This document shows positions 1-9,263 of a DNA stretch of 64,000 nucleotides, piece after piece. A model generated the notes under the pieces. It searched no databases, was not told the origin of the DNA, and saw only the letters and a program-made list of their open reading frames with translations. Within the stretch, counting starts at the first letter, position 1; each line of letters starts with the position of its first letter. A program made the translations under genes and the position numbers. Origin of the DNA: an uncultured Actinomycetes bacterium (GTDB taxonomy: Bacteria > Actinomycetota > UBA4738 > JBBDHU01); assembly GCA_964640385.1 (NCBI GenBank), contig CAZXFL010000005.1, positions 50,965-114,964 of the forward strand. The letters are read 5' to 3'.

Positions 1-25
1 GCGGTCCCCGAGGGGCGCCTGTTCA

Positions 26-772
26 CTAACCGCAGTTCGACGCCTCGCGATGGACCCGGTCCCCCACATCCACGCCCTCCTGCCGAGCGAGATCCGCGAG
101 GTCGTCCCGGAACCCCTTCATGTGGACGTGACTCCAGTCGCCGTGGGTCAGGCAGCGCCACGACCCGACCCGCTCCCGGTGGAACGGCGAGTTCAGCGAC
201 TCGCTGTGCCCGATGACGTCGCCCAGATCGATCCCGTACTGCTCCATCAGCCAGAGGGTAAGCCACTGCGCCGCCTCGTACTGGCGCTCCCGGCGCATGA
301 TCTGGCGATCGCTCGTTCCCACCATCTCGATGCCGACCGCCGTCCAGTTGAGTCCGACCGCGTGCCGGCAGATGATCCCCAGGTCCACCAGCTGGAAGAT
401 CGTCCCGTCCTTGTCGATGATGAATTGCGCACACACGCCGGGCTTCTCGCCGTTGTAGATGCGGTTGCCCTCGAACGTCCACCACGCGCTCGCGAAGGTC
501 GTGCTCGCCGTGAAGTGCTCGACGATGACCTTCGGATCCTCGAGCCGCCAGGTGTTCATGCCGTAGTGGCGTCGCGCGTACCCCGCGGTCTGGCGCTTGC
601 GCTTGGGCCCGAACGAGATACGTCGCCACCGGATGTCGGGTTGCGTCACGCTCGGGACCGGCGACGACTCGGCGACCTGGGAGGTCTCCGCCGCCGATGG
701 TGCGGGCATGAACCCGAGCACGAGAGCAAGCACGGCGGCCGCGCGCACGCCGCGCCGCAGGGAAGCGTTCAT
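26..772 (-). CDS. N-acetylmuramoyl-L-alanine amidase (PGRP / amidase_2 domain), secreted
   Basis: 248-aa ORF with an N-terminal signal peptide (AAVLALVLGFMPAPSAA). It carries amidase_2/PGRP-like motifs (NWTAVGIEMVG, GHSE). The family call is from motif recall and no search was run. Confidence 0.7.
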   Translation of the reverse strand: MNASLRRGVRAAAVLALVLGFMPAPSAAETSQVAESSPVPSVTQPDIRWRRISFGPKRKRQTAGYARRHYGMNTWRLEDPKVIVEHFTASTTFASAWWTFEGNRIYNGEKPGVCAQFIIDKDGTIFQLVDLGIICRHAVGLNWTAVGIEMVGTSDRQIMRRERQYEAAQWLTLWLMEQYGIDLGDVIGHSESLNSPFHRERVGSWRCLTHGDWSHVHMKGFRDDLADLARQEGVDVGDRVHREASNCG

Positions 773-847
773 CGTCCGATGGTACCCCCGGATACGCGCA
801 GGGCGGCCGGACCTGAGGTCCGGCCGCCTCGCGGAGAACTCGCTTCC

Positions 848-1417
848 CTACGCAGCCGCCTGCTTCAGCGCATGCATCCGGAAGGCGAACACGATCTCGG
901 TGATCCCCCGGATCAGGCACATCGCCCCGACCCACAGGACGAGCAGCGCGATCGAACGACTCGCCGAACCCGCCGCCCAGAACCCCAGGAGGATCTCGAT
1001 GATCCCGGCGAGCAATAGCAGCCACCACACCGGGACGTCTTCCCGCTCCATCAGCGAGACGATGATGTCGAAGGTTCCTTTGATCAGCAGGAAGAAACTG
1101 ACCAGGGAGGCCAACGTCAGGAACGCGTCCCCCGGCTGGATCAGCGCGAAGATGCCGCCGACCGCGAACAGGATGCCCAGCAGCACGTGCACCCACTTCC
1201 ACCTCTCGGCGACGTACGCAGCCCCGAACTCGTTGATCCCCGCGAAGAGCAGGACCATCCCGACCAGGATGCCGATCGCGACGGCGGATTCCAGATCGAA
1301 GCGGAGGATCATGAATGCGATCAGGACCCACAGCAGGCCGGTGAACAAGAACCAGCCCCACATCCCCGACACCTGCTGCTCGGCGCTCTTCTGTTCCATG
1401 AACGGCCCCTTCCCCAA
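848..1417 (-). CDS. HdeD-family (DUF308) small membrane protein
   Basis: 189 aa with about 6 predicted TM helices. The Gly/Ala/Leu-rich helices resemble HdeD/DUF308. Confidence 0.55.
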   Translation of the reverse strand: MGKGPFMEQKSAEQQVSGMWGWFLFTGLLWVLIAFMILRFDLESAVAIGILVGMVLLFAGINEFGAAYVAERWKWVHVLLGILFAVGGIFALIQPGDAFLTLASLVSFFLLIKGTFDIIVSLMEREDVPVWWLLLLAGIIEILLGFWAAGSASRSIALLVLWVGAMCLIRGITEIVFAFRMHALKQAAA

Positions 1418-1444
1418 GAGACGACGCCAGCATCGTACCCCTGC

Positions 1445-1999
1445 CTAGGGCCCGGAGCGTGGAGGTTCGGGGCCGGAGCGTCCCCGCCCCCACTCCTCCT
1501 TCAGGAGTTCCTTTGCCAGGTCCCATTGGGAGAAACCACCGAGCGCACGCACGATGTGCTCCTCCAAGAAGGTGAGGAACCGGTAGAGCCCGTAGAGGCT
1601 CCCCCGCTCTTCGTCGCCCTCGAAGTCGCCGGGGTCGGTCTCCTCGGTGACCTCGAGCCGCACGCCAAGCACCAGTCGGGCGTCGTTGATCGCCGCGAGC
1701 CACGCGGTCAGCTCGTCCTCGGGCAGGCGGTCGGCGTCCAGGGTCCGCTCCAATGTCGCCACCGCTTCCAAGCGCTGCGTTGTGAGGTCGTCGCGCACCA
1801 TGCCGTCGAACGCCCGGTTGTGCTCCTCGTCGTCTATCGAGGCCGGAGGGAAGAGGCGCTTGAACGCTGCGTCGGCCGGATCCGATCCCTCGACGACCTC
1901 GCGGAGCATCGCCGGCAAGAGCCTGAGCGCCTCGCGCTCTTCGGCGGACAGGGTGAGTTTGAAGTCGCCTCGGCGGGTCCGCTTCACGCGTTCGAGCAT
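1445..1999 (-). CDS. DUF2017 domain protein (ClpS-associated)
   Basis: The ORF-track ORF 1445..2224 is over-extended. A start at Met76 ([17 protein letters not shown]) gives 1999 and an ATGA overlap with the clpS stop. The DUF2017-ClpS pairing is conserved in Actinobacteria. Confidence 0.6.
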   Translation of the reverse strand: MLERVKRTRRGDFKLTLSAEEREALRLLPAMLREVVEGSDPADAAFKRLFPPASIDDEEHNRAFDGMVRDDLTTQRLEAVATLERTLDADRLPEDELTAWLAAINDARLVLGVRLEVTEETDPGDFEGDEERGSLYGLYRFLTFLEEHIVRALGGFSQWDLAKELLKEEWGRGRSGPEPPRSGP

Positions 2000-2304
2000 C
2001 AGCGGTCTTTCTGCATCGTCGCCCAGAGACCGTGCGCATGCAGGCGCGCCACGTCGAACTCGGCCTTTTCCTTCGTCCCGTTCGAAACTACGGCCTTGCC
2101 CTTGTGATGCACGTCGAGCATCAGTTTGGTCGCCTTCTCGAGCCCGTACCCGAACAGCTTCTGGAGCACGAACACGACGTAGGTCATCAGGTTCACGGGG
2201 TCGTTCCAGACGATAACCACCCACGGGACATCGGGCTCGACGTCCTCATCGCCGACGGGGCGATCAACCTCGACCGGGGCCTCGATGACGGTCGACTCGG
2301 TCAT
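1999..2304 (-). CDS. clpS: ATP-dependent Clp protease adaptor ClpS
   Basis: ClpS core sequence ([27 protein letters not shown]...[17 protein letters not shown]). An internal Met ([10 protein letters not shown]) gives a roughly 101-aa product, and the upstream extension has no homology support. Confidence 0.8.
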   Translation of the reverse strand: MTESTVIEAPVEVDRPVGDEDVEPDVPWVVIVWNDPVNLMTYVVFVLQKLFGYGLEKATKLMLDVHHKGKAVVSNGTKEKAEFDVARLHAHGLWATMQKDR

Positions 2305-2385
2305 ACAGGCATCGTGGCACAGCGCCGGGACCGCGACCAGTGCCGGCGCTTCCGGCCCGAGCCCGGGACGGATAGCATCGTGCGG

Positions 2386-4749
2386 ATGGCGACCGAGGCT
2401 CCGAAGGACCCGGCGAGGACCGGACTGACCCAGGCCCAAGTCGGCGAACGGATCGAGCGCGGTGAGGTCAACGACGTGGGCGCCGCGCCCAGCCGCAGCA
2501 TCTGGTCCATAGTCCGCGAGAACACCCTCACCTGGTTCAACCTGCTGCTCGGCGGCCTCGCGATCATCATCATCGTCGCGGGCTCGCTGCGTGACGCGAT
2601 GTTCGGTCTGGTCATCATCGCGAACGCCGGCATCGGCATCGTGCAGGAGTTACGGGCGAAGCGGACGCTCGACCGGCTGGCGGTACTCTCGGCGCCGGCC
2701 GCCCGGGTGCTGCGCGACGGCGATGTGCGCGAGATGGGCGTCGGCGAGGTCGTCTTGGACGACGTGCTGGACCTGCAGGCCGGCGATCAGATCGTGGTCG
2801 ACGGCTCGGTGCTCACCTCCGAGGGCCTCGAGGTCGACGAGTCGCTCCTGACCGGCGAAGCCGATCCCGTCGTCAAGACCCCGGGAGACGAGGTGCTCTC
2901 CGGAAGCTTCGTGGCGGCCGGTTCGGGGCGCTGCCGCGCGACCCGTGTCGGTCAAGATGCGTACGCGGCGCAGCTCTCCTCGGAGGCGCGCCGGTTCACG
3001 CTGGTCCATTCGGAACTGCGCTCTGGGATCGACCAGATCCTGAAAGTGATCGGCATCGCGCTGGTCCCCGCAGCCGCGATCTTGATCTGGAGTCAACTGA
3101 GCGCCCATGAGTCGACCGAGGAGGCGATCGCCGGCGCGGTGGCCGGAACGGTGGCGATGGTGCCGGAAGGCCTGGTGCTGCTGACGAGCGTCGCGTTCGC
3201 GGTCGGCGTCGTGCGTCTGGCCAAGCACCGCGTGTTGGTTCAGGAACTCGCAGCGATCGAGGTGCTCGCGCGCGTGGACGTGCTCTGCGTCGACAAGACC
3301 GGCACGCTCACCGAGGGGAAGCTCGATGTCGAACACCTCGAGATCGTCGGCGACGACGCCGAGGTACGCGAAGCGCTGGCGGCGTTGGTGGCCGCCGATC
3401 CCAACCCGAACGCCACCCTGCGCGCGATCGGCGACACCTTCCCGGATGCGCCCGATGGCTGGTGGATGCGCGAGGTCGCGCCGTTCTCCTCTGCACGCAA
3501 GTGGAGCGGCGCGACCTTCGAGGAGCACGGAACCTGGATCCTCGGGGCGCCGGACGTGTTGTTCCCCGCGATCGCGACACCGGACGCGGACGAGCTCGCA
3601 GGCCGCTGCGAGACGGCGGCGCTCGCGGGCGGACGGGTCGTGCTGGCCGCGCACAGCCGAGAGTCGTTGGTCGGCACCGACCTGCCGTCCGGTCTCGAGC
3701 CTTCCGCCATCGTGGTGCTGGGTGACCGCGTCCGCACGGACGCCGCCCAAACCCTCGCCTACTTCGCAGAGCAGGATGTCGCCGTGAAGATCATCTCGGG
3801 CGACCACCCCGCCACGGTGGCGGCGGTCGCCGGCAAGCTCGACGCTCCCGGCGCCGGCGACCCGGTCGACGCCCGCGCGCTGCCAGAAGATCTGGATGAG
3901 CTGGCAGAGGTACTGGATGAGCGCTCCATCTTCGGGCGCGTCACGCCCCAGCAGAAGCGGGCGATGGTCGGGGCACTGCAGTCGCGCGGGCATGTGGTGG
4001 CGATGACCGGCGACGGCGTCAACGACGTGCTGGCGCTCAAGGACGCCGACATCGGCGTCGCGATGGGCTCGGGCGCCGCCGCCACGCGCGCGGTCGCGCA
4101 ACTCGTGCTGCTCGATTCAACCTTCGATTCCCTCCCGCCGGTCGTGGCCGAGGGGCGCCGGGTGCTCGGCAACATCGAACGCACCGCGAACCTGTACCTG
4201 ACGAAATCGACCTACGCATGGCTGCTCGCCGTCGGTATCGGCCTGTTCGCGTTGCCCTTCCCGTTCCTGCCGCGACACCTGACGCTGGTCGGCGCGCTGA
4301 CGATCGGGATCCCCTCGTTCTTCCTGGCGCTCGCACCCAACACGGAACGCGCGCGGCCCGGGTTCCTGCGGCGCGTCCTGCGTTTCTCCCTCCCCGCAGG
4401 TGCGGTCACCGCGGTCGCGACGTTCCTGGCGTACGCCTTGGTCAGCGAGCAGCCGGGCATCTCGCTGGAAGAAGCGCAGACCACGGCCACGATGGTGCTG
4501 GCGTGGGTCGGGCTGCTGATCGTGGGCATCGTGGCGAAGCCACTCGCCCCGTCGAGACTGATGCTGATCTGGGGCATGGCGGCCACGTTCCTGGCGGTCC
4601 TGCTCATCCCGGCGACCCGCGACTTCTTCGCGCTCGAACTGCCGCCGGCCGTGGACTGGCTGGCCGCGTTCGGCATCGCCGCGATCGTCTGGTCGTTCGC
4701 GCGGCTGTTCATCCCCCGGCGCGCGGGCCCGACCCAGGATGGCGACTGA
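2386..4749 (+). CDS. Cation-transporting P-type ATPase (type II/III-like, CtpE/CtpF-like, Ca2+/Mg2+ class)
   Basis: Carries the DKTGTLT phosphorylation motif, PEGL in TM4, [21 protein letters not shown] hinge, and about 10 TM segments. There is no CPC heavy-metal motif. The start is at the interior ATG 2386 (MATEAPKD); the upstream part of ORF 2032.. is antisense to clpS. Confidence 0.85.
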   Translation: MATEAPKDPARTGLTQAQVGERIERGEVNDVGAAPSRSIWSIVRENTLTWFNLLLGGLAIIIIVAGSLRDAMFGLVIIANAGIGIVQELRAKRTLDRLAVLSAPAARVLRDGDVREMGVGEVVLDDVLDLQAGDQIVVDGSVLTSEGLEVDESLLTGEADPVVKTPGDEVLSGSFVAAGSGRCRATRVGQDAYAAQLSSEARRFTLVHSELRSGIDQILKVIGIALVPAAAILIWSQLSAHESTEEAIAGAVAGTVAMVPEGLVLLTSVAFAVGVVRLAKHRVLVQELAAIEVLARVDVLCVDKTGTLTEGKLDVEHLEIVGDDAEVREALAALVAADPNPNATLRAIGDTFPDAPDGWWMREVAPFSSARKWSGATFEEHGTWILGAPDVLFPAIATPDADELAGRCETAALAGGRVVLAAHSRESLVGTDLPSGLEPSAIVVLGDRVRTDAAQTLAYFAEQDVAVKIISGDHPATVAAVAGKLDAPGAGDPVDARALPEDLDELAEVLDERSIFGRVTPQQKRAMVGALQSRGHVVAMTGDGVNDVLALKDADIGVAMGSGAAATRAVAQLVLLDSTFDSLPPVVAEGRRVLGNIERTANLYLTKSTYAWLLAVGIGLFALPFPFLPRHLTLVGALTIGIPSFFLALAPNTERARPGFLRRVLRFSLPAGAVTAVATFLAYALVSEQPGISLEEAQTTATMVLAWVGLLIVGIVAKPLAPSRLMLIWGMAATFLAVLLIPATRDFFALELPPAVDWLAAFGIAAIVWSFARLFIPRRAGPTQDGD

Positions 4750-4768
4750 CCCTCCCCGACAACGCGAA

Positions 4769-4792
4769 CGGCCGCCGGTTTCCCGGCGGCCG
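4769..4792. terminator. GC-rich hairpin between convergent genes (putative bidirectional terminator)
   Basis: CGGCCGCCGG-tttc-CCGGCGGCCG forms a perfect 10-bp stem. It lies 20 nt after the ATPase stop and 21 nt after the convergent pentapeptide gene stop. There is no strong U-tract. Confidence 0.45.
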
Positions 4793-4812
4793 CCGCGTCG
4801 ACGTACTTCGGA

Positions 4813-5658
4813 TCAGATCCCGGTCTCGACCGTCGCCGATTCCTCGGTCTCGCCGTAATCGTTGCTCACCTTCAGCGTGACATCGTGGCTCTTGGCGTCG
4901 CACTTGATCTTGATGACCTCTTCGCCACCGTTGCCGTTGCCGTCCTCGGCATCCCCGACCACGACCGTGCCGTCCACCAGGATCTCCCAGGCGGTCGCGT
5001 ACTTGGTGACGTAGCCGACGCCGAGGTCCTTCTTCTTGCTGCCGTGCTTGAGGCAGTCGACCCGCTTCTTCACGCTCAGCGAGGTGATCTTCGGACCGTC
5101 CTTCTTGGTGGACGGACTTGACGTCGCGCTCGGCTTCGGCGACGCGGTCGATCCACCCGGGCAGTTGGCGTCGTTCTTGGAACCGTCGGGCATGATCGTG
5201 CCGCAGTAGTGCGTGCCGGTCGTGTTGACGCCGTTATCCCGCGCATCGGTCATGTTCGCGTAGGCCAGGTTCGCGCCGGCGAGGTTCGCGTTCTCGAGGC
5301 TGGCCCCCTGCATCCGTGCGCTGTCCAGCGTCGCGCCAGACAGGTTCGCCTTCCGCAGGTCGGCGCCCCGCAGGTTCGCGTGCCGCAAGTCCGCACCCGA
5401 CAGGTCCGCACCCTTGAGGTTCGCACCGGCGAGCTCAGCGTGATGCAGGTTCGCGTTCCTGAGGTCGTCACCGCGGCAGTTCGTCTTCTTCTCGATGACG
5501 CAGTCGCCGATCTTCTCCGCAGTCGGCGGAGGGCTGACGTCGGCCGGCGACGGGGCGGTGACTGGGCTGGTCTGCGCCTGCGGCGACGGTGTGGACTTGC
5601 TGGGACACGCCACGAGCAGCAACGAAAGCGCCGCGACGGCCATGAGCAATCTCCTCAT
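4813..5658 (-). CDS. Pentapeptide-repeat lipoprotein with C-terminal beta-rich domain
   Basis: The start is at Met114 of ORF 4813..5997 (MRRLLMAVAALSLLLVACPS, lipobox LVAC), with a GGAGGAGG RBS just upstream. Tandem A(N/D)LxxA(N/D)L pentapeptide repeats span residues about 60-140. Confidence 0.75.
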   Translation of the reverse strand: MRRLLMAVAALSLLLVACPSKSTPSPQAQTSPVTAPSPADVSPPPTAEKIGDCVIEKKTNCRGDDLRNANLHHAELAGANLKGADLSGADLRHANLRGADLRKANLSGATLDSARMQGASLENANLAGANLAYANMTDARDNGVNTTGTHYCGTIMPDGSKNDANCPGGSTASPKPSATSSPSTKKDGPKITSLSVKKRVDCLKHGSKKKDLGVGYVTKYATAWEILVDGTVVVGDAEDGNGNGGEEVIKIKCDAKSHDVTLKVSNDYGETEESATVETGI

Positions 5659-6133
5659 GCTGGCCTCCTCCTTTGGTTCCCGCAGGCGAGCAGCCCCGGG
5701 CCCGCACGATGATAGGGCATCCGACGCGCGGTGCGAGCATCCCTCGGCGGCCAGGTGCCTGGGCCAGCACGGAGGGGACGCCAGCCCCCCGAACCCCTCG
5801 ACACCGCTCGACTCTCTCCCGCCCCCACACGTAGGCTCCCGGCATGCGTTCCCAGCGAGCCCTCGGCGAGCGACTCGGATAGGAGGGAACGCCCCTCGCG
5901 CGGCCCCAGAAACGCGAAGATCCCGCCTCCTGCAGCACCAGGACGACGGGTTCTCGCCTTCAGGACATTTCGTTGCCGCCGTACTTTTGGCGACCACATC
6001 CTCCCCCGTCGGGGAGAAGGCACCTCGGGTGTCCGTCCCAGGTTGCCGGGCCCGGCCTTCTGCCGAACCACTCCTGATGCTGGAAATAGCGTACTACATG
6101 AGTCCGACAAGGCATCTCTGCAGGCAAGGAGGC

Positions 6134-7060
6134 CTATCCGGCCGCCGCAAGGAATCGCTGAAACCGGGAATCCAACAACTCGCGGTCCGGCCAAGACGGA
6201 CGACTCCTAGGCACGGTGATCTCCGCGTTGTGGATTCCTTGCAATGCGTGCCTCAGCGTGGGCCCGTCTACCTCCTCCAGCACGTCCTCCCGTACCTTCA
6301 CCACGTAGTCGGGCGACACCCCGATCACAAGTCGGTCGAACGCACGGTGGTGGATCGCGCACATCGCCATCGCGTTCGAGACTCTGGCGGCACCACCCTC
6401 GCTGTCGGGATGGATATGGGCCGCATCGAGGAGTTCTGGATGGTGCCGTAGGCGGCAGAGAGCGCACTGCTCCTCATAGGCGCGGAGCACCAACTTGCGG
6501 AAGGGCTCCTGGTGCAGGCGTCGCTTCGCCTCCGCGACCGCGTATTCCGTCCGCAACGCGATATCGGCAGGATGGGGCGATTCGAGGTCCCACTGCTCAC
6601 GCAGGTCGTCCGTGATGGCGAGGACGAACTGTCGCATCCCCGGCTCCTCGCCCACTAGGAACACAGGAAACACAGCCTCGTAGAGCCCCTTCGCGACGCC
6701 GTTGAACCACACAAGAGGTTTTCCCTCCCGAAGGATCGCTCTCAGCGACCGATTGTCTGAATGGTCCGGGTCGGCACCCTGCCACTTGTACCGCCAGTAC
6801 CCGTCTTCACCCAGGCCGTCCTCGTACGGACGATCTTCTCCTTCCTCTCGATAGACAGTCAGGATGCTGAGTGCTGCGTCCATGAAGGCTGGCTTCCAGA
6901 TTCCCCGACCGGCTGGAGACGTGAGCGGTATCTCCCGACCTCCGAATCGGAACCCGCGAAGATCCGCACTACGCACGAGGCCGCCCGCACGAGAGACGGC
7001 AGACTGGAGGAACTCGAACATCGCCGCCCGCAAGGCATCGTCGTCGTCGGCCCCTCGCAT
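6134..7060 (-). CDS. HNH endonuclease (HNH_2-like) with N-terminal putative DNA-recognition domain; type IV restriction-like
   Basis: Has an HNH-type motif block CALCRLRHHPELLDAAHIHP...AMCAIHHRAFD. The roughly 150-aa N-terminal domain is unassigned. Local GC is about 62%, against about 69% in the surrounding sequence. Confidence 0.6.
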   Translation of the reverse strand: MRGADDDDALRAAMFEFLQSAVSRAGGLVRSADLRGFRFGGREIPLTSPAGRGIWKPAFMDAALSILTVYREEGEDRPYEDGLGEDGYWRYKWQGADPDHSDNRSLRAILREGKPLVWFNGVAKGLYEAVFPVFLVGEEPGMRQFVLAITDDLREQWDLESPHPADIALRTEYAVAEAKRRLHQEPFRKLVLRAYEEQCALCRLRHHPELLDAAHIHPDSEGGAARVSNAMAMCAIHHRAFDRLVIGVSPDYVVKVREDVLEEVDGPTLRHALQGIHNAEITVPRSRPSWPDRELLDSRFQRFLAAAG

Positions 7061-7141
7061 CTGGCGAGTATGCCCGCATGAGCGCGGTCTACGCCAGCCT
7101 GGCCTTGCTCTCGAGAGGCCGGATCGGCGATCCTGCCCTTC

Positions 7142-7696
7142 ATGGCCAACAAGTTCGAGAAGAGCCAGGCAAACAAGGACACGGAACGCTCTGGGCTCGA
7201 GGTGCTTCTCTCAGACGCCCGTTTCCAGGCGCCGTCGCTTGAGGTCAAGCGTTACATCCTCTCCGCCTGGGAACTCGAGGGAGACTTCGGCACCCAGTCC
7301 TTCGACTGCGTGCTCACGCCGGAGCCCGCTCCGGCTATCACGGTCGAGAACATCGACCTCCACCTCCAGGAGCTACGGCTCGTGGAGATGAAGACAACGA
7401 AGAAGCCGATCCGGAGCGTTGCCCTCAACAACTTCTTCTTTGGAGCAACCGCGAGGGAGTTCGCCCTGGCGGAGCGCCTCGGGCAACGGTTCATGTTCGC
7501 GTTCGTCGTGCTGAACTACGCGAACGAGTACGGGAGACCGTTCGCAGTCCTCCTCACGCACGATCAGGTTGATGAGCGCACTCGCAAGAAGAGGGTGCAG
7601 TACCAGGTGAATTTTCGGTCGGACATCGACGAAAACGCCGAGTCACATGAACTCGTCATTTTCGAGGCCCTCGGCGGAAATCCGGCCAGCCTCTAG
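7142..7696 (+). CDS. Hypothetical protein, possible PD-(D/E)xK nuclease-fold (D72...E82-M-K84)
   Basis: 184 aa, divergent from the HNH gene across an 81-bp spacer. GC is about 57%. The VENIDLHLQELRLVEMKTTKK segment fits a D-(x)n-E-x-K signature. Confidence 0.4.
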   Translation: MANKFEKSQANKDTERSGLEVLLSDARFQAPSLEVKRYILSAWELEGDFGTQSFDCVLTPEPAPAITVENIDLHLQELRLVEMKTTKKPIRSVALNNFFFGATAREFALAERLGQRFMFAFVVLNYANEYGRPFAVLLTHDQVDERTRKKRVQYQVNFRSDIDENAESHELVIFEALGGNPASL

Positions 7697-8110
7697 CAAG
7701 AAGGCGTGCGCGTATCCCCCTTCGTCGTTGGGATCGTCGGCAGCGACGAGATGCCCCGGCGAAGCCCTGAGCGTGCTTCGGTCGGTAGGTGGTTCGAGAA
7801 CCCACCAAACCGCCTGCTCCTTGTCTTTCAGCCACACCGCGGTGTCGAGATAGCCCTCCGGCGCGATTGACACGCCAACCCAATCCCCCCGAGCACCGAC
7901 GGGCGTCCAGCTATCCCAACGAAACTCGCCGGCCGATCCAGAATCGTCGTCAGATTCTTCAAGTTCCCATTGCTCTGACAGCGACAAGACCCGCAATACC
8001 CCGACTCGGTTGGCCTCCTCAACAGATACGCATGGACCATGCACCTCGACAACGATTACGCCTTCACGAATGATCGCGACGAATCCCCCACGGGCGCCTG
8101 CTAGCAGCAC
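7643..8110 (-). CDS. Hypothetical acidic protein
   Basis: 155 aa with an acidic patch (EESDDDSGSAGE). It overlaps the upstream 66-aa ORF by 10 nt and converges on ORF 7142..7696 with a 54-nt overlap. No recognisable motif. Confidence 0.35.
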   Translation of the reverse strand: MLLAGARGGFVAIIREGVIVVEVHGPCVSVEEANRVGVLRVLSLSEQWELEESDDDSGSAGEFRWDSWTPVGARGDWVGVSIAPEGYLDTAVWLKDKEQAVWWVLEPPTDRSTLRASPGHLVAADDPNDEGGYAHAFLLEAGRISAEGLENDEFM

Positions 8111-8298
8111 GTCGGATCGGCGGACTCAACGACACCCACGCGCTTGATCTCGAGAGACGACTCGAGGAGGACGCCGGTATCGAGTTCGCCGCGGTGTTCG
8201 TCGAGCCATCCCTCCAGCGCACCGAGTGATACAGCCTCGACTTCCTCCTCACCTTCGAAGAGGAACGACAGCTCGTACTCGACTCGATACCTCGGCAT
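8101..8298 (-). CDS. Hypothetical small acidic protein (66 aa)
   Basis: Interior Met of ORF 8101..8559 (MPRYRVEYELSFLFEGEEEVEA...). It lies 38 nt downstream of the nuclease stop, and the rest of the long ORF overlaps the nuclease gene. Confidence 0.3.
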   Translation of the reverse strand: MPRYRVEYELSFLFEGEEEVEAVSLGALEGWLDEHRGELDTGVLLESSLEIKRVGVVESADPTCC

Positions 8299-8335
8299 TG
8301 CCGAGAACGTAGCGATCCGGGATCTGATCGTCAGA

Positions 8336-9199
8336 TCAGGTTTCGCAGCCGCGGCCGTCGTGGTTGCCGTCGAAATCGTGAGGATCCTTGCCCGTGACCT
8401 TGAAGTTATGCTCCGGGATCTGTGAGCAATCCAGGTCGGGCGGGTACCTCGGGATGCACACCCCCGGATAGGACGGATCACAGCCGCCACCTCCGCCGCT
8501 GCCGCCTCCGCCTCCCTCGCTACCGCCCGAACCGCGCCGACACCTCCCCCAGAGCTCACGATGGTGCTTGCGGGCGATGCGTTCGGCCTCGGCGAACCGG
8601 TTCGCGTACCTGGTGTTCGGCTCGTAGGGGTAGGCCGTCGCGTACCCCGCCCGGACGAGCCGCATGTTGAACATGCCTCCGTGCCAGACGTACGCGAGCG
8701 TCCGCCCGTAATGATCCTTGTGCTCGACGTCGAAGGTCAGCCGCACCCGCCGGCCCTCCAGCACCCGAGCGGTGAACGCCGACGCCTCCTTCCCGTAGCA
8801 TTCGACCGGCTGCCCGGGCGCGACCGACTCCGGCGTGTCGATGCCGATCAACCGGATGTCCACCGAACGCCCACCGAACCGGACCTCGATCGTGTCCCCG
8901 TCGATCGCGCGGATCACGTACGCGTGGCGGCCCGGCCCTCCGCCGCCGCTGCCGCCATTGCCATTGCCGTTGCCGTTGCCGCTTCCACCGGTCCCACTGC
9001 CTCCCCCGGTCGGTTCGTCCTGGTTCGGCTCGCCCGCGAGCGGAGGCTCCTCGACGACCTCCTGCCGCTCGGTCTCGCGGTTGCGGAGAACCGACGGGGT
9101 CGGCGAAAGCTCCTCCCGAGCACCCGGCGGGGCAGCCGTACAGGCAGTGAGGGCGACCGCGGCTACCACGAGTCTCGCGAGCATCGCCGATCGATCCAT
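8336..9199 (-). CDS. Secreted thermonuclease (SNase-like) lipoprotein with C-terminal Excalibur Ca-binding domain
   Basis: Lipoprotein signal (LTAC). SNase core (YVIRAIDGDTIEV...DIRLIGIDTPE...CYGKEA...DHYGRTLAYV). Excalibur-like C-terminus (CDPSYPGVCIPRYPPDLDCSQIP...DFDGNHDGRGCE). Two Gly-rich linkers. Confidence 0.8.
   Translation of the reverse strand: MDRSAMLARLVVAAVALTACTAAPPGAREELSPTPSVLRNRETERQEVVEEPPLAGEPNQDEPTGGGSGTGGSGNGNGNGNGGSGGGGPGRHAYVIRAIDGDTIEVRFGGRSVDIRLIGIDTPESVAPGQPVECYGKEASAFTARVLEGRRVRLTFDVEHKDHYGRTLAYVWHGGMFNMRLVRAGYATAYPYEPNTRYANRFAEAERIARKHHRELWGRCRRGSGGSEGGGGGSGGGGGCDPSYPGVCIPRYPPDLDCSQIPEHNFKVTGKDPHDFDGNHDGRGCET
8955..8984 (-). repeat. Hexanucleotide coding repeat (GCCATT/GCCGTT)n encoding the GNGNGNGNG linker
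   Basis: gccattgccattgccgttgccgttgccgct lies inside the nuclease CDS. It is a low-complexity linker, and the antisense frame gives the PLPLPL pseudo-ORF. Confidence 0.6.
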
Positions 9200-9263
9200 C
9201 CCTTCGCAGGCTACGCCCGGGGGTCGTCGCTCGCGAGCGCCGGCTGTGGTGGAATCACCAGGG

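Noticed and set aside
2650-4101. 483-aa minus-strand ORF antisense to the P-type ATPase, and many similar long antisense or alternate-frame ORFs (e.g. 50..1018, 19407..20138, 24267..25259, 25216..26214, 26386..27921)
   Set aside because: They are the expected stop-codon-poor shadow frames of a roughly 70% GC genome. Their translations are Arg/Ala/Pro-rich low-complexity sequence, and they overlap genes that have clear homology-level motifs.
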